From a virus (Duplodnaviria > Caudoviricetes), in IMG/VR virus record IMGVR_UViG_3300001528_000580, positions 288,001 to 352,000 of that record: 64,000 nt of DNA. One strand, given 5' to 3'. Made by a program: the position numbers and the translations under genes. The notes below the pieces were generated by a model. It worked only from the letters and a program-made list of their open reading frames with translations. It was not told where the DNA came from and made no database searches. Shown piece after piece: positions 1 to 10,583 of the stretch (within the stretch, counting starts at the first letter, position 1; every line of letters starts with the position of its first letter).

Positions 1-106
1 CTGTTCCTGAATATCCTGCAATTGCTAGAAAATTCTTTCTATCATATGTTTTCCACCAATCTTGAATAATATTTAATGCATTTGTTTGATCTTTTGTATA
101 TTCCAT
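1..106 (-). CDS. RecD/Dda-like SF1 helicase, N-terminus (runs off window)
   Basis: Manual translation from ATG at 106: MEYTKDQTNALNIIQDWWKTYDRKNFLAIAGYSGT; Q-motif plus start of Walker A (GYSGTG..). Confidence 0.75.
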   Translation of the reverse strand, partial: MEYTKDQTNALNIIQDWWKTYDRKNFLAIAGYSGT

Positions 107-107
107 T

Positions 108-464
108 TTAACCTTCATAACAAATTTTTATTATAATTCCCATACTTCTTGTTCTATTCATATAGATATTTAAAACATATGCATCTTTTATTTTAGAAAC
201 AATTGGTAATATTTCTTTGTTAAAATCCTTTGAAACATAACCAATTATTTCTTCCGTTGTTGGCAACACTACTTTTATTGCATATGGATCGTAAATATTA
301 GCTGGTTCTGGATCTAACCTAACAGGTATTTTAACATGATTTAAATATTCTGGATATATTCTTTTTAAAATATCTTGTCTGTTATCAAATGTAACTCCAA
401 CAACAGCAAAATCAATTTCACTTAATCCATTGCTTTCATTATATCTTAATTTATCACTTGACAT
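108..464 (-). CDS. HIRAN domain protein
   Basis: VVGVTF...EPANIYDPYAIKV...IGYV motif. Confidence 0.85.
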   Translation of the reverse strand: MSSDKLRYNESNGLSEIDFAVVGVTFDNRQDILKRIYPEYLNHVKIPVRLDPEPANIYDPYAIKVVLPTTEEIIGYVSKDFNKEILPIVSKIKDAYVLNIYMNRTRSMGIIIKICYEG

Positions 465-495
465 AATAAACTCCTTTTGTTTATTCTTTATAAAT

Positions 496-523
496 AATAT
501 AACACTATTTTATTATAATTCAA
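496..523 (-). promoter_or_regulatory. representative of conserved promoter TTG(A/C)NN-N16-TATATT (19 copies counted)
   Basis: Other copies: 4298, 5868, 5905(+), 9506, 10362, 13890, 14281, 17683, 23718, 27742, 30420, 33928, 42073, 42238, 45307, 47126, 53873, 54373. Confidence 0.85.
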
Positions 524-528
524 ATTAA

Positions 529-1068
529 TTATATTATAATTTCATCCAAACGTGTTATTTTTAAATCTTTAGCTAGTTTATCGACTAATTCATATGTTGA
601 TAAAGCGTCACCTAACCCTCTATGAGATCCGTATTTAATATTATAATGCTCACATAGAAATTGTAATGAATTAGATTTAAAATCTAACTTTCTTGCAAGA
701 ACAATAGTATCTATTAATCTAACATTTAAACTTAATCCTAATTTTGCACCTTTTGCATTTAAAAACGGAACATCAAATTGTTTTCCATTATGAGTGATTA
801 CAATGTTATTATTTAAAAAATCAAATACTTCTCTTGCTCCTTCTTCAAAATATGGACAATCTTCTCTCATATAATCTTTTATTTTATGAACATTCTTTAC
901 TAAATATGGAGAACAAATTCCACCTTTAAACATCATACTTTTTTCTTCAACAACTCTTCCACCAAATACTTTCACAGCACCAAATTCAATAACTGTATCA
1001 AATAATTGATTTAATCCAGTTGTTTCAATATCAAACACTATAACAGTTGTATTTTCTAAAATTGACAT
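529..1068 (-). CDS. dnaQ: DEDDh 3'-5' exonuclease (DnaQ/PolIII epsilon-like)
   Basis: FDIETTG, HNGKQFD, HRGLGDA exo motifs. Confidence 0.9.
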   Translation of the reverse strand: MSILENTTVIVFDIETTGLNQLFDTVIEFGAVKVFGGRVVEEKSMMFKGGICSPYLVKNVHKIKDYMREDCPYFEEGAREVFDFLNNNIVITHNGKQFDVPFLNAKGAKLGLSLNVRLIDTIVLARKLDFKSNSLQFLCEHYNIKYGSHRGLGDALSTYELVDKLAKDLKITRLDEIII

Positions 1069-1080
1069 ATATAATAATCC

Positions 1081-2280
1081 TTAAATATTTGTGAATAAAT
1101 CAGGTTCTACAATGTTATTATTATTTTTTTCTGTAACTTCTCCATGACATATAGGACATTCATTTAAATTAGATGCCATAAGTTCCTGATTACAAGATTT
1201 ACAGAAATATATTTTTTTAACATTACTCTTATAATATTTTAATATACTTGCTTTTTGTTGATTTGACAATTCGTGATAAACAAGTAGATTTATTTTTGAC
1301 ATAATTGTTTTAAATTGTAATCTTTCAAATTCTCTTTCAACAAGTACAGACTCACTTTCTTTATTAATTAATTCTGGAACTTCTAAGTTATCAAACATTT
1401 CTTTTAATATTCTGGAACATTCGATTCTATCTTTTGCATATAATAATTTTAAGTCTATTTTATTCCATGTTGTTTGTTTTACATTGTTTGAAAAATCTTC
1501 CCAACAATTATATTTTTTAAACTCATTTAATAAATTGTCATCTGCTTTGTTTTTCAATTCTTCAAATAAACACATGGTATTTCCATATTGTTTAATAACT
1601 TTTAAAGCTCCTACTTTACCGACACCATCAACGCCATAAATGGTATCAGAAGAATCTCCCATTATCGCTCCCATGTCAACCCATTGTTTACTAGAACTTA
1701 ATCCATATTCATTTACAAATTTATCTTTTGTAATAAAGATATCATCCCTAGAATTATAAATAGTAACATCATCCAATAATTGATAATAATCTTTGTCATT
1801 AGAAACAATAAATATATTATATATATCCTTATATTTTTTAACATAGGATGCAATAATATCATCTGCTTCTTCACCTTGAATTGTTATTTGATTACATCTT
1901 GTAAATTGCAACAATTCATAAAATTGATTAATTTGAATATAACGTCTAGTTTCTTCTTCACGTTCTTCTTCTGTCATGTGAAGTTTTTCCAATGCTCTTT
2001 TAATTCTTCTTTTAGATTTATAAGTCATTGGTATAATTTTTTTATTAACTGCTTCTTTTGATATTTGCAATCTTTTTGCATATCCTCTATCATCACAGAA
2101 TGCAACTATATCATTATTAATATTAGAATAATTTCTAATATTTTCAATGACTTTTATTAAATTCTTAAAAATAGAGTAAATAACTTCAATAGGTTGACCA
2201 TTTGTAGTCAATTTTGGAGTAAGATATGCTCTAAAAAAGAAGTTATTTGCATCTATTAGAATTAAATTTTTTTCTTTCAT
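1081..2280 (-). CDS. 5'-3' exonuclease / flap endonuclease (PolA N-terminal-like) with C-terminal Zn ribbon
   Basis: LIDANN, EADDIIAS, SNDKDYYQL, GDSSD..GVDGVG; CxxC...CPIC tail; start refined to ATG 2280. Confidence 0.9.
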   Translation of the reverse strand: MKEKNLILIDANNFFFRAYLTPKLTTNGQPIEVIYSIFKNLIKVIENIRNYSNINNDIVAFCDDRGYAKRLQISKEAVNKKIIPMTYKSKRRIKRALEKLHMTEEEREEETRRYIQINQFYELLQFTRCNQITIQGEEADDIIASYVKKYKDIYNIFIVSNDKDYYQLLDDVTIYNSRDDIFITKDKFVNEYGLSSSKQWVDMGAIMGDSSDTIYGVDGVGKVGALKVIKQYGNTMCLFEELKNKADDNLLNEFKKYNCWEDFSNNVKQTTWNKIDLKLLYAKDRIECSRILKEMFDNLEVPELINKESESVLVEREFERLQFKTIMSKINLLVYHELSNQQKASILKYYKSNVKKIYFCKSCNQELMASNLNECPICHGEVTEKNNNNIVEPDLFTNI

Positions 2281-2281
2281 A

Positions 2282-2605
2282 TCAATTATCTTCCGCTTCA
2301 AGTAATTTTTTCTTTTTTATTTTTGCTTCTGCGTCATTATATAATTTAATTTTACTTGCTAGAATAGATTTCTTTAAACTATTTTCACAATCATTTATAT
2401 AAATACCTTTTTTATTGTTATATGGCGTTAATTCATCAAGAGATGCATCCCAACCAAAATTGTTATTGCAAACTATTTGTAATGTTAACCCATCATTATT
2501 ACCACACCTTCCACATGGTTCATTTAACTTTACTATTTCATATATTACAAAACCATATGATTCTTCATACATGGACAATAAATCACCTATTTTAAGATCT
2601 CTCAT
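2282..2605 (-). CDS. hypothetical protein
   Basis: ORF with GGAG RBS, co-oriented with neighbours. Confidence 0.6.
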   Translation of the reverse strand: MRDLKIGDLLSMYEESYGFVIYEIVKLNEPCGRCGNNDGLTLQIVCNNNFGWDASLDELTPYNNKKGIYINDCENSLKKSILASKIKLYNDAEAKIKKKKLLEAEDN

Positions 2606-2618
2606 AGTTCATCTCCTA

Positions 2619-3722
2619 TTATTTTTCTTTTAAATAAAAGCATATATTATTAAGATCTATTAAAAATCTTGCAATACTACCATCTGAATCATAATATGGT
2701 TTTTCTAAAATTGGTATTATTAATTTAAATTTCTCTAATTCTGCATCATTAGTTCCATATCTTACTTTTTTTAAAATTCTGCTAGATGCTAAACTCAAAA
2801 AAACTCTTCTGAAACTTTCTGATGAAAAATTATCCATTTCTGCAATCATATTTAAACATTCATTATATAAATCTTTATATGAAATGTTTTTATATTCTGG
2901 TAAAAATGGTCTATATATACATTTATCAAATATCATTCTAACAATATCAAATTCTTTACACTGATCGTTTACACTTGGCATATCAAGTATATCATTTAAT
3001 ACACCAATGCCACCATTAACTACTTGTTCTATTGTTTTTAGAATTTTTCTATAGGAAAATCCACGTATAGAACTAATTAATGTTATTTTATCTTCTTTTG
3101 ATAACTTATCTCCCCAACCTTCCTGTCTAAAAACGTCTATTAATAATTCTTTTCTTGCTTCTTTATCAGGAGCTTTTAATAAAAATTCCGAACTTCTATC
3201 GTGAATAGTTGGAATAATTTTTTCCGGTTCTGTTGTGCAAATAAAGAAATATGTATGCGGTGGTGGATTTTCTAATGATTTCAACAATAGATTTTGAGCA
3301 CCATCAGACAACTTATGTGCTTCATCTAGTATAAATATATTATTTCTTCCCATCATTGGAAAATCTAAGAATTGTTCTGACAATTTAAATGCTTCTTCTT
3401 TTGTTGTAAATTTACTACAATTTACCTCATTAATAAAAAAACAATTATCCTTTAAACCATTTAAACAACTTTCGCATTCTAAACAAGGTTCTCCGCTATC
3501 TCCATTTTCACAATTCAATGACAATGCCAATACTCTAGCAATAGTTGTTTTACCTGAACCCATATTACCAGCAAATAAATAACAATGTTGTCTTTCTTCT
3601 TCTGGTTTACTTAACATTACAGATAAACTTTTTACAACATTCTGATTACCACAGATTTCACTTAATCTTCTAGGACGATATCTTTCGCAAATTTCTTGCA
3701 TACCTCTTCTTACTACTGGCAT
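2619..3722 (-). CDS. dnaX: DNA polymerase III gamma/tau clamp-loader subunit
   Basis: YRPRRLSEI, Walker A GNMGSGKTT, Zn cysteines, ILDEAH, LLKSLENPP. Confidence 0.92.
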   Translation of the reverse strand: MPVVRRGMQEICERYRPRRLSEICGNQNVVKSLSVMLSKPEEERQHCYLFAGNMGSGKTTIARVLALSLNCENGDSGEPCLECESCLNGLKDNCFFINEVNCSKFTTKEEAFKLSEQFLDFPMMGRNNIFILDEAHKLSDGAQNLLLKSLENPPPHTYFFICTTEPEKIIPTIHDRSSEFLLKAPDKEARKELLIDVFRQEGWGDKLSKEDKITLISSIRGFSYRKILKTIEQVVNGGIGVLNDILDMPSVNDQCKEFDIVRMIFDKCIYRPFLPEYKNISYKDLYNECLNMIAEMDNFSSESFRRVFLSLASSRILKKVRYGTNDAELEKFKLIIPILEKPYYDSDGSIARFLIDLNNICFYLKEK

Positions 3723-3723
3723 A

Positions 3724-4269
3724 TTACTTTACCTCTTCTTTTGCTGATTCTTTTTTTATCGCAGGTTTTTTAGTAGTAGGTTTTTTTCCTACTCTAGTAG
3801 TTCTCTTAGGTTTTGATAATTCAAATAATTTATACTTTTCTAAAACATTTATGATTTTATTTTCAAGCTCTGAATATTCATAATCATCTTCTAAAAATCC
3901 ACCACCATTTGTTGTAAGCATTTCTCCAATAATGTTTCCGGCAACTTCTCTTTTAATATCTGGAAGATCATAGAAATCATAAACTATTGAAATCTTATCA
4001 TCATCACTATTAAAAATTAAATAATTTCCATTTTGATTCTTGATAAGTTTTTCATCTGGATTTGTACCATTACTTTTTACTATTTCAAAAATAAAATTCT
4101 CATCTATAATAGAACATTTAAAAATAATTCCATTATCTGTTAATAAAAATCTTGGTTCAGTTATATTTGATACTGTCCATTCAAAAAAATCACCAGTATC
4201 TTTATTTGTTATAACATAAGCAAATAATTCTTCATTTTCTAAATATATACTTTTTAATTCATATCTCAT
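3724..4269 (-). CDS. hypothetical protein with basic C-terminal tail
   Basis: ORF with AGGAG RBS and its own promoter. Confidence 0.6.
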   Translation of the reverse strand: MRYELKSIYLENEELFAYVITNKDTGDFFEWTVSNITEPRFLLTDNGIIFKCSIIDENFIFEIVKSNGTNPDEKLIKNQNGNYLIFNSDDDKISIVYDFYDLPDIKREVAGNIIGEMLTTNGGGFLEDDYEYSELENKIINVLEKYKLFELSKPKRTTRVGKKPTTKKPAIKKESAKEEVK

Positions 4270-4321
4270 TGTTATTCTCCTTGAATTTATTATAATTAAT
4301 ATAGCACATAAATGTAAAAAA

Positions 4322-5839
4322 TCAAATAATGTTAAATATTTTTTTTATTTGTTCAATTATCTTTATATTATTTAATTCATTATTATCATCTAACATTACA
4401 AAATCATTTTGATAAATATTTTTAGGGTTTTCTGTATTAAAAGCAAAACATAAAAATTTAACATTGTTAGATTTCCAATAATTAATTTTATCTATTAGAA
4501 TATTTTTCATATATTCATCAACATTTTGACCAGTTTTAGGTTCTCCATCTGAAAATATAATTACGACATTATTTTTATGATTATGATGCATCATATTTTT
4601 ACAACAACTATCTATTACTTCATTATCTACAAAATGATATTTTATGTCAAAATTGGATAAACGATATTTAACATTATTAAACTTATCATCAAAATCTTTA
4701 TAAATGTAAGTATTGATAGGAACTGTCCTTATAAAATTATCTTTTAATTTTTCTGGTTTTTCTGTATTACTTCCTATAACTTGAAAGTCTGCGTTTATAT
4801 AGTTTAATAAATTGCACAAATATATAATTTCTTGCAAATTATTAGTAAAATATTTCTTCATGGAATTACTCTGATCTAATATAATAGAAAAACAAAAATC
4901 ATTTTCATTAATATTTTTTTGTTTAAAAAAAACATTTTTATCTAAATTTTTAGCAATACTAACCAATTTATTATAATCAATAAATCCTCTGTCTTTATTA
5001 TATGATTTTGTCTTTTTTTTAATAATATCATTTCTAATTTTATTATATATATTTAATATATTATAATTTACATTTTTAAAATTTTTGTAATACTCATCTC
5101 GATTAATATTTGGTATATAAATTTTATCATTAGTTGAATCAATCAATTGTGAAAAATTATGTTCATTAATAAATGAAGAATATACTACATTATATAATAT
5201 ATCTTCATTTTCTATCTTTTCCATTATATGACATTTATCTTTGTCTGATTTCAAATAATTTTTCAAATATTTATATATCTTTTTACTTATTTTTATTACT
5301 TCACAAAAAGATTTAATTCTACCATTTTCTTTAATATTTTTCCATTCTTCAAATATTGGAAAAATTTTATCTATTAATTCATTATCAATAGAAATGCCTG
5401 AATCAATATTTAATGACAATCCCATTAATGATATTAAAATATTATCAAAATCTCCTAATTTTTTTTCTTTTGACTTATTTATTAAATATTGATTTCCATA
5501 ATAAAACACATCCTTTACATTATAATATTGACATAATTTATATTCAACTCTTAAATCTTCAATACAATTTATAATTTTACATAATTTAGTTGGAAGTTGA
5601 CAATCAACATATGGAGTATATATTGCATGTGCATTTTCATGTAAAGAATAATAATATATTAATTTTTCTGTTTCTTCATTATCCTTATTACTAAATGGTA
5701 ATAAATATAATATTTTATTTTTTAAATCACATCTAGGAATATCATTTTTATTAATAAAACAATGCTTCCATTCAGTGCTATTTAAAATATTATTTATGAT
5801 GTAATTTTTTCTCAAATAAGAACTTATATTATTTTTCAT
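4322..5839 (-). CDS. CobT-like protein: N-terminal HExxH, C-terminal VWA/MIDAS
   Basis: LHENAH, NCIEDLRVE, DQSNSM (DxSxS), FSDGEP. Confidence 0.8.
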   Translation of the reverse strand: MKNNISSYLRKNYIINNILNSTEWKHCFINKNDIPRCDLKNKILYLLPFSNKDNEETEKLIYYYSLHENAHAIYTPYVDCQLPTKLCKIINCIEDLRVEYKLCQYYNVKDVFYYGNQYLINKSKEKKLGDFDNILISLMGLSLNIDSGISIDNELIDKIFPIFEEWKNIKENGRIKSFCEVIKISKKIYKYLKNYLKSDKDKCHIMEKIENEDILYNVVYSSFINEHNFSQLIDSTNDKIYIPNINRDEYYKNFKNVNYNILNIYNKIRNDIIKKKTKSYNKDRGFIDYNKLVSIAKNLDKNVFFKQKNINENDFCFSIILDQSNSMKKYFTNNLQEIIYLCNLLNYINADFQVIGSNTEKPEKLKDNFIRTVPINTYIYKDFDDKFNNVKYRLSNFDIKYHFVDNEVIDSCCKNMMHHNHKNNVVIIFSDGEPKTGQNVDEYMKNILIDKINYWKSNNVKFLCFAFNTENPKNIYQNDFVMLDDNNELNNIKIIEQIKKIFNII

Positions 5840-5967
5840 ATTTTATCTCTATAATAATGTTTAATATAATATAGCTTAAAAACATAAAAAATCAAATTAA
5901 TTATTTGATTTTATTAAAAATAGATGTATATTATATATAAATTAATTAATTTCAGGAAGATATATTT

Positions 5968-7197
5968 ATGCAAAAAGATATTATAGATAAATTTTTAAAT
6001 AGTAATTTATCAGAATACAAATTGGAAGATAATGAAAAAGAATATTTTTCTAATGTAACATCAAAAGAACAAATGAATACTTTAAAAGAATTTGGTGTTT
6101 TAATAAAAAAAGTAGGAAAAGATATCACATTAGAAAATAAGAAAAATAAAATAAACAAAATCAATTATAATAAAAAAACAGGATATATACGACCACCATT
6201 CTTTAATAATATCGTTTTAGATTTAAAACATGCTATTGATTATAAAAAATATAAATCCAAAAACATTTTATTTCATGGACATAAAGGGACAGGAAAGACT
6301 ACATGTGTTTATGAATTATTACAAACCGGAATGTTTGATAAAATATATCAGCAAAATGGTAGTAATGAATTAACATTAAGAGATTTCATTGGTTCAAAAA
6401 CTATTGTTATTGACGAAGATACAAAACAAAATAAAATAATATTTGACAAGGGATTATTATATAAAGCATTCATACATGGAACAGAATTAGATGAACATGG
6501 AAACCAAATATTATATAATGGAGAACCAAAAGTAATAGGTAAACCAGCGATATATTTTCTTGATGAATTTGAACTAGTATTACCAGAAGTATTAACATCT
6601 GTTTTTAACAGAGCGTTAGAAATACCAATACAAGCAGGATTAGGGAGAACATTAGAAATATTCGAGGAAGGTAAAACAATAAAATCACATCCTGGATTTA
6701 CAATTATTTTTGCTAGCAATTTATTAGGAAAAGGGATTGAAACAAGCGGTCAGATAGGATATACTTCACAGAATAATCAACATGATGATAGTACATTAGA
6801 TAGAATAAATATTTCTTATGAGTTTGGATTTAATTTAGATGCAGAAAATAAAATAATAAACAATTATATTAAAGATAAAAAAATTGCTTCTACATTAGTT
6901 AGGTTTATTGAAAAGATGAGATATTCTTGGGAAACTTCTACTGTAAATACATTAATATCTACAAGAAATATTACTAACTTGTGTGAATTATATGAGATAT
7001 ATTATAACGAAAATATTGACAATCCAATAGGTTTAGCATTTATTAACACAATTTACAATAAATTAAATAATAGTGAAAAAGATGCATGGATGATTGCTTT
7101 TGATTTATGTTTTGGTACAAAATTAAAATCTCATTTTATCAATAATATTACTAATAAAATGAGATTTGTCAATAAAAAGAATGAAATAAATATTTAA
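5968..7197 (+). CDS. CobS/MoxR-like AAA+ ATPase
   Basis: Walker A GHKGTGKT, Walker B YFLDEF, HPGFTIIFASN, DSTLDR. Confidence 0.85.
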   Translation: MQKDIIDKFLNSNLSEYKLEDNEKEYFSNVTSKEQMNTLKEFGVLIKKVGKDITLENKKNKINKINYNKKTGYIRPPFFNNIVLDLKHAIDYKKYKSKNILFHGHKGTGKTTCVYELLQTGMFDKIYQQNGSNELTLRDFIGSKTIVIDEDTKQNKIIFDKGLLYKAFIHGTELDEHGNQILYNGEPKVIGKPAIYFLDEFELVLPEVLTSVFNRALEIPIQAGLGRTLEIFEEGKTIKSHPGFTIIFASNLLGKGIETSGQIGYTSQNNQHDDSTLDRINISYEFGFNLDAENKIINNYIKDKKIASTLVRFIEKMRYSWETSTVNTLISTRNITNLCELYEIYYNENIDNPIGLAFINTIYNKLNNSEKDAWMIAFDLCFGTKLKSHFINNITNKMRFVNKKNEINI

Positions 7198-7668
7198 TTA
7201 TTTTGGACTTACTTTACTAATAAATGTTTTTCCATTTTTCTTATTAATAATTTTTCCATCATTCCATATTCCATTGTTCCATGTTCCATCTTTCCATGTT
7301 CCATTATGCCATATTCCATTATGCCATTTACCATCATACCAAAATCCGTTGTGCCAAATTCCGTTATACCAAATTGGAATATTTTTTTCTTCAATATATG
7401 CGCCAAATCTTCCGTTATACCATTCTCCATCTTCCCAAATTCCATCAAAAAAAGTACCGTTATACCATGTACCTGATTCCCATGTTCCGCTTTGCCATGT
7501 TCCATTAAAAAATAATCCGCTATTAAATATTCCACTTGTCCATTTGATAAAACCAGTTTCATTATTTATTGATAAATTTGCATTAGTAACTTTTATTTCA
7601 TATAGCAAATTATCTTTTGCTGTATATAATATTGAACCACTATAATCTACGAATTCTTTTATATCCAT
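7198..7668 (-). CDS. Trp/Gly pentapeptide-repeat (W-x-x-G-x) protein
   Basis: Many tandem WxNGx repeats. Confidence 0.8.
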   Translation of the reverse strand: MDIKEFVDYSGSILYTAKDNLLYEIKVTNANLSINNETGFIKWTSGIFNSGLFFNGTWQSGTWESGTWYNGTFFDGIWEDGEWYNGRFGAYIEEKNIPIWYNGIWHNGFWYDGKWHNGIWHNGTWKDGTWNNGIWNDGKIINKKNGKTFISKVSPK

Positions 7669-7688
7669 AATAAATATACCTTTATATT

Positions 7689-8096
7689 TTATGGATTAGT
7701 ATTTGATGGAGAACCATCTATTGTTCCTTTATACCATGTTCCACTAATCCAATCGCCATCTAACCAATCACCATTACACCATGTTCCATTATGCCAAGTA
7801 CCATCAACCCATGTACCATTTCTAAAGAAACCATCTAACCAATCACCATAATACCATGTAATATATCCATTTATATCAACAGAAAATAAAGCATTCTGTG
7901 CAGTAAAATAATATTCTCTGTTATTATAATAATAATAAAATACACTTGGTGTTTTTCCAACTCTAACACCTTTTATATCTTGTAAATATACTCTATCTTC
8001 TTCTGGTATTTCTTCTCTTTTTGCTTTTAAAATATTATCTACTTTAGCAAAAAATACGTTATAAGAATTATATTTTTTATTAGCTAATTTCATCAT
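7689..8096 (-). CDS. Trp/Gly pentapeptide-repeat protein (paralog)
   Basis: WYYGD-WLDGF-FRNGT-WVDGT-WHNGT... Confidence 0.8.
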   Translation of the reverse strand: MMKLANKKYNSYNVFFAKVDNILKAKREEIPEEDRVYLQDIKGVRVGKTPSVFYYYYNNREYYFTAQNALFSVDINGYITWYYGDWLDGFFRNGTWVDGTWHNGTWCNGDWLDGDWISGTWYKGTIDGSPSNTNP

Positions 8097-8140
8097 TATT
8101 CCTTTAGTCGTTTATCATATATAAAAGATTAAATATAAAA

Positions 8141-9088
8141 TTAACTAAAAATATTATTTTCAATACAAAATATTTTTAAATTATTAAATTCACTTTGTTT
8201 AATACTGTTAAGAAACATCATTTGTATTTCATCTTTTGATAATATATCTTCAAGAGTTATATCTTTTTTAATAAATTCTGATACACAATATACTAATTCA
8301 AGTATTGCAATAAAAGAATTATAATTTAAAGTTCCTTTAAATATTCTAAATTCTATTGTATTTTCATTACATAAATTCACAGCGCAATGCCTATTTACAT
8401 TCAACGGACTTCCATATAAATAATATGGTTTGCATAAGAATGATGAATATTTTGAAGTTCTACGTGCAAATTTTGTAAATAACTCGTAATTTTTATTTAC
8501 AAAACAATCCAATTTTGCAATTTCAATGCTATTAAAATAATTTTTATTTATATGAACGTGAATTCCACAATCATCTATATCATAACTTTTAAATCCAAAT
8601 TTTATAGCACCATCTAGTATTTTTTTCCAACCACTTTTATCTGATTTATGATATTCTAGTGTTGCTGGATATGTTACTATTTCACAACCATACTTGGGTA
8701 TACTTCTGTCTTTTTTAATATAAAAGAAATCATTTTCAAAATTTGCAGCAAATAAATTTACTTTATTTACATCTTTATTACCGCCTATCTCTAGTTCTAT
8801 TCCTAAATACAATTTTTTTTCATCATCTAAATCATAAAAAATAGGATAAGGTTTAAAATAATAATTATGAATATGTATTTTATCATCGTCATCTTCATGT
8901 TTCATTCCTTTGGCACAATATATACAAATTCTTAAATTTACATTATATTCATCTCCTAAATAAAACCCACCACAAGAACTACATCTAAACCCATGAGATG
9001 AAGAAAAACATTTATGACAAACATTCATTCTATTAGTAAGTTCAATAGGATGTTTATCTTTATCCTTTCCACATAAGAAACAATTCAT
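8141..9088 (-). CDS. putative amidoligase (COOH-NH2 ligase) with N-terminal Zn fingers
   Basis: GIELE, CEIVT, CGIHVH, TIEFR; CxxC pairs. Confidence 0.8.
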   Translation of the reverse strand: MNCFLCGKDKDKHPIELTNRMNVCHKCFSSSHGFRCSSCGGFYLGDEYNVNLRICIYCAKGMKHEDDDDKIHIHNYYFKPYPIFYDLDDEKKLYLGIELEIGGNKDVNKVNLFAANFENDFFYIKKDRSIPKYGCEIVTYPATLEYHKSDKSGWKKILDGAIKFGFKSYDIDDCGIHVHINKNYFNSIEIAKLDCFVNKNYELFTKFARRTSKYSSFLCKPYYLYGSPLNVNRHCAVNLCNENTIEFRIFKGTLNYNSFIAILELVYCVSEFIKKDITLEDILSKDEIQMMFLNSIKQSEFNNLKIFCIENNIFS

Positions 9089-9156
9089 ATATAGACCTTT
9101 ATTAATTGCAATAGATGAAGATAATTATATTAACTATCTTCATCTATTTATAATGA

Positions 9157-9411
9157 TTACTTAAAAACGATTGTTAAACGCCACAAATCAGTTATTTCAT
9201 GTTCAATATTTAAGATTGACATTTTATCAATTACTTCTGAACAAACTTCTTGCAACATTTTTTCTGCTGAATCAGCTTCCTTTCTCTGGTAGAAATCGTA
9301 ATACTTACCTTTATTAAATGTTCCGCTATTAACAGCTTTTAATTTATATATCAATTCACTGTCAATTTTAGACCACTTTTCATCGAACTTTGACGATTCT
9401 TTATCAGCCAT
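9157..9411 (-). CDS. hypothetical protein
   Basis: GGGAG RBS, own promoter. Confidence 0.6.
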   Translation of the reverse strand: MADKESSKFDEKWSKIDSELIYKLKAVNSGTFNKGKYYDFYQRKEADSAEKMLQEVCSEVIDKMSILNIEHEITDLWRLTIVFK

Positions 9412-9538
9412 TTTTAAAATCTCCCATGTCTACTTGTCATAAAGTAGAAACCTTATTTGTTGTAAAATATTTAATACACCGTGTATTAAATCATTTTATA
9501 AATATAATATAACACATTTTTAAAAAAAGTCAAATTTT

Positions 9539-10324
9539 TTATTTTACAGTCTTGTTATATAAAGATAGAAAATCAATTAAAATGTTATTCGACTTATCAT
9601 AAATCTCTTTTATATAAATATTTCTTTTTGAACCATCGTGTAATTTAACTAACATTAATGATAAATTACAAAAAATAGAATCTTTTATTTTACAAATACT
9701 ATTATCACTTTCTGGTTTTGCATAAAATATATCTTTTATTTCTTCTAGATATATATTATTATTAGAATGTAAAATTAAATTGACAACTTTACCAAAAAAT
9801 TTTTCTACTTTACTAATATCAGCCATTTTCTCAATACATATTGTATCAAATAGATTTAATAATTTCATTACTTCTTGCGAAAAATTTATTTTATCTTTAC
9901 TTACAAATTCATAAATACAATCAAATTTTAATTCTTTTTTTGATTTTAAACAATCTTCACAATAAAAACTACCATTACCAATATAATCAATAATATTATC
10001 AACAACTTTTTTACAAATATTACATTCTCCTGTTCCACATGTATACTTTAATGATAATTCATCTTTATTGTTATTATAATAATTTTCAAAATCATTACTT
10101 TGAACTAAACTTCCATCATTTTCGGTAACAACAAAAGAATTAGGAATATAATAAATATCATCTAATGACATATTGCCTTTATATGGTTTATATTTTATTC
10201 TTATTCCATTGTCATATACTACTGATGTAATTGTAAACACATCATACGGATATTGTTTGTTACCAATATAACTTCCTTCTTTCAACCAACTATTGTTTTT
10301 TAATCTTGGATATTTAATAATCAT
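9539..10324 (-). CDS. hypothetical protein with Zn-finger-like CxxC pairs
   Basis: CNIC...CEDC; own promoter. Confidence 0.6.
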   Translation of the reverse strand: MIIKYPRLKNNSWLKEGSYIGNKQYPYDVFTITSVVYDNGIRIKYKPYKGNMSLDDIYYIPNSFVVTENDGSLVQSNDFENYYNNNKDELSLKYTCGTGECNICKKVVDNIIDYIGNGSFYCEDCLKSKKELKFDCIYEFVSKDKINFSQEVMKLLNLFDTICIEKMADISKVEKFFGKVVNLILHSNNNIYLEEIKDIFYAKPESDNSICKIKDSIFCNLSLMLVKLHDGSKRNIYIKEIYDKSNNILIDFLSLYNKTVK

Positions 10325-10406
10325 ACAAAGAACCTTTCTTTTTATATTAAAATTATAATATAATATATATCAGTTTTTAATAAAGTCAAATCTTAATAAT
10401 TATTTT

Positions 10407-10583
10407 TTATTTATTAGATGATTTCGCTCTATATTTTTTTGCCGCCTTTACAACATCACTCCAAAAACTTCCATATCTTGTTATGACTTTTTCTCCTTGA
10501 TGATTAAATTCATACCAAGCACTATTTAAATTTTTGAAATTAACATTTTCAGATAACAAATTTTTATTTTCTACTTTTTTCAT
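10407..10583 (-). CDS. small basic hypothetical protein
   Basis: Start refined to ATG 10583 after AAGG RBS. Confidence 0.5.
   Translation of the reverse strand: MKKVENKNLLSENVNFKNLNSAWYEFNHQGEKVITRYGSFWSDVVKAAKKYRAKSSNK

Noticed and set aside
7209-7645. Overlapping alternative-frame ORFs with repeats (MEHGK, YHVP)
   Set aside because: Shadows of the W-x-x-G-x repeat coding sequence
9428-9452. Cas12a-like repeat (TTTCTACT...GTAGA) or mini CRISPR array
   Set aside because: Single copy, wrong loop, no spacers; no repeat-spacer array seen anywhere in the window
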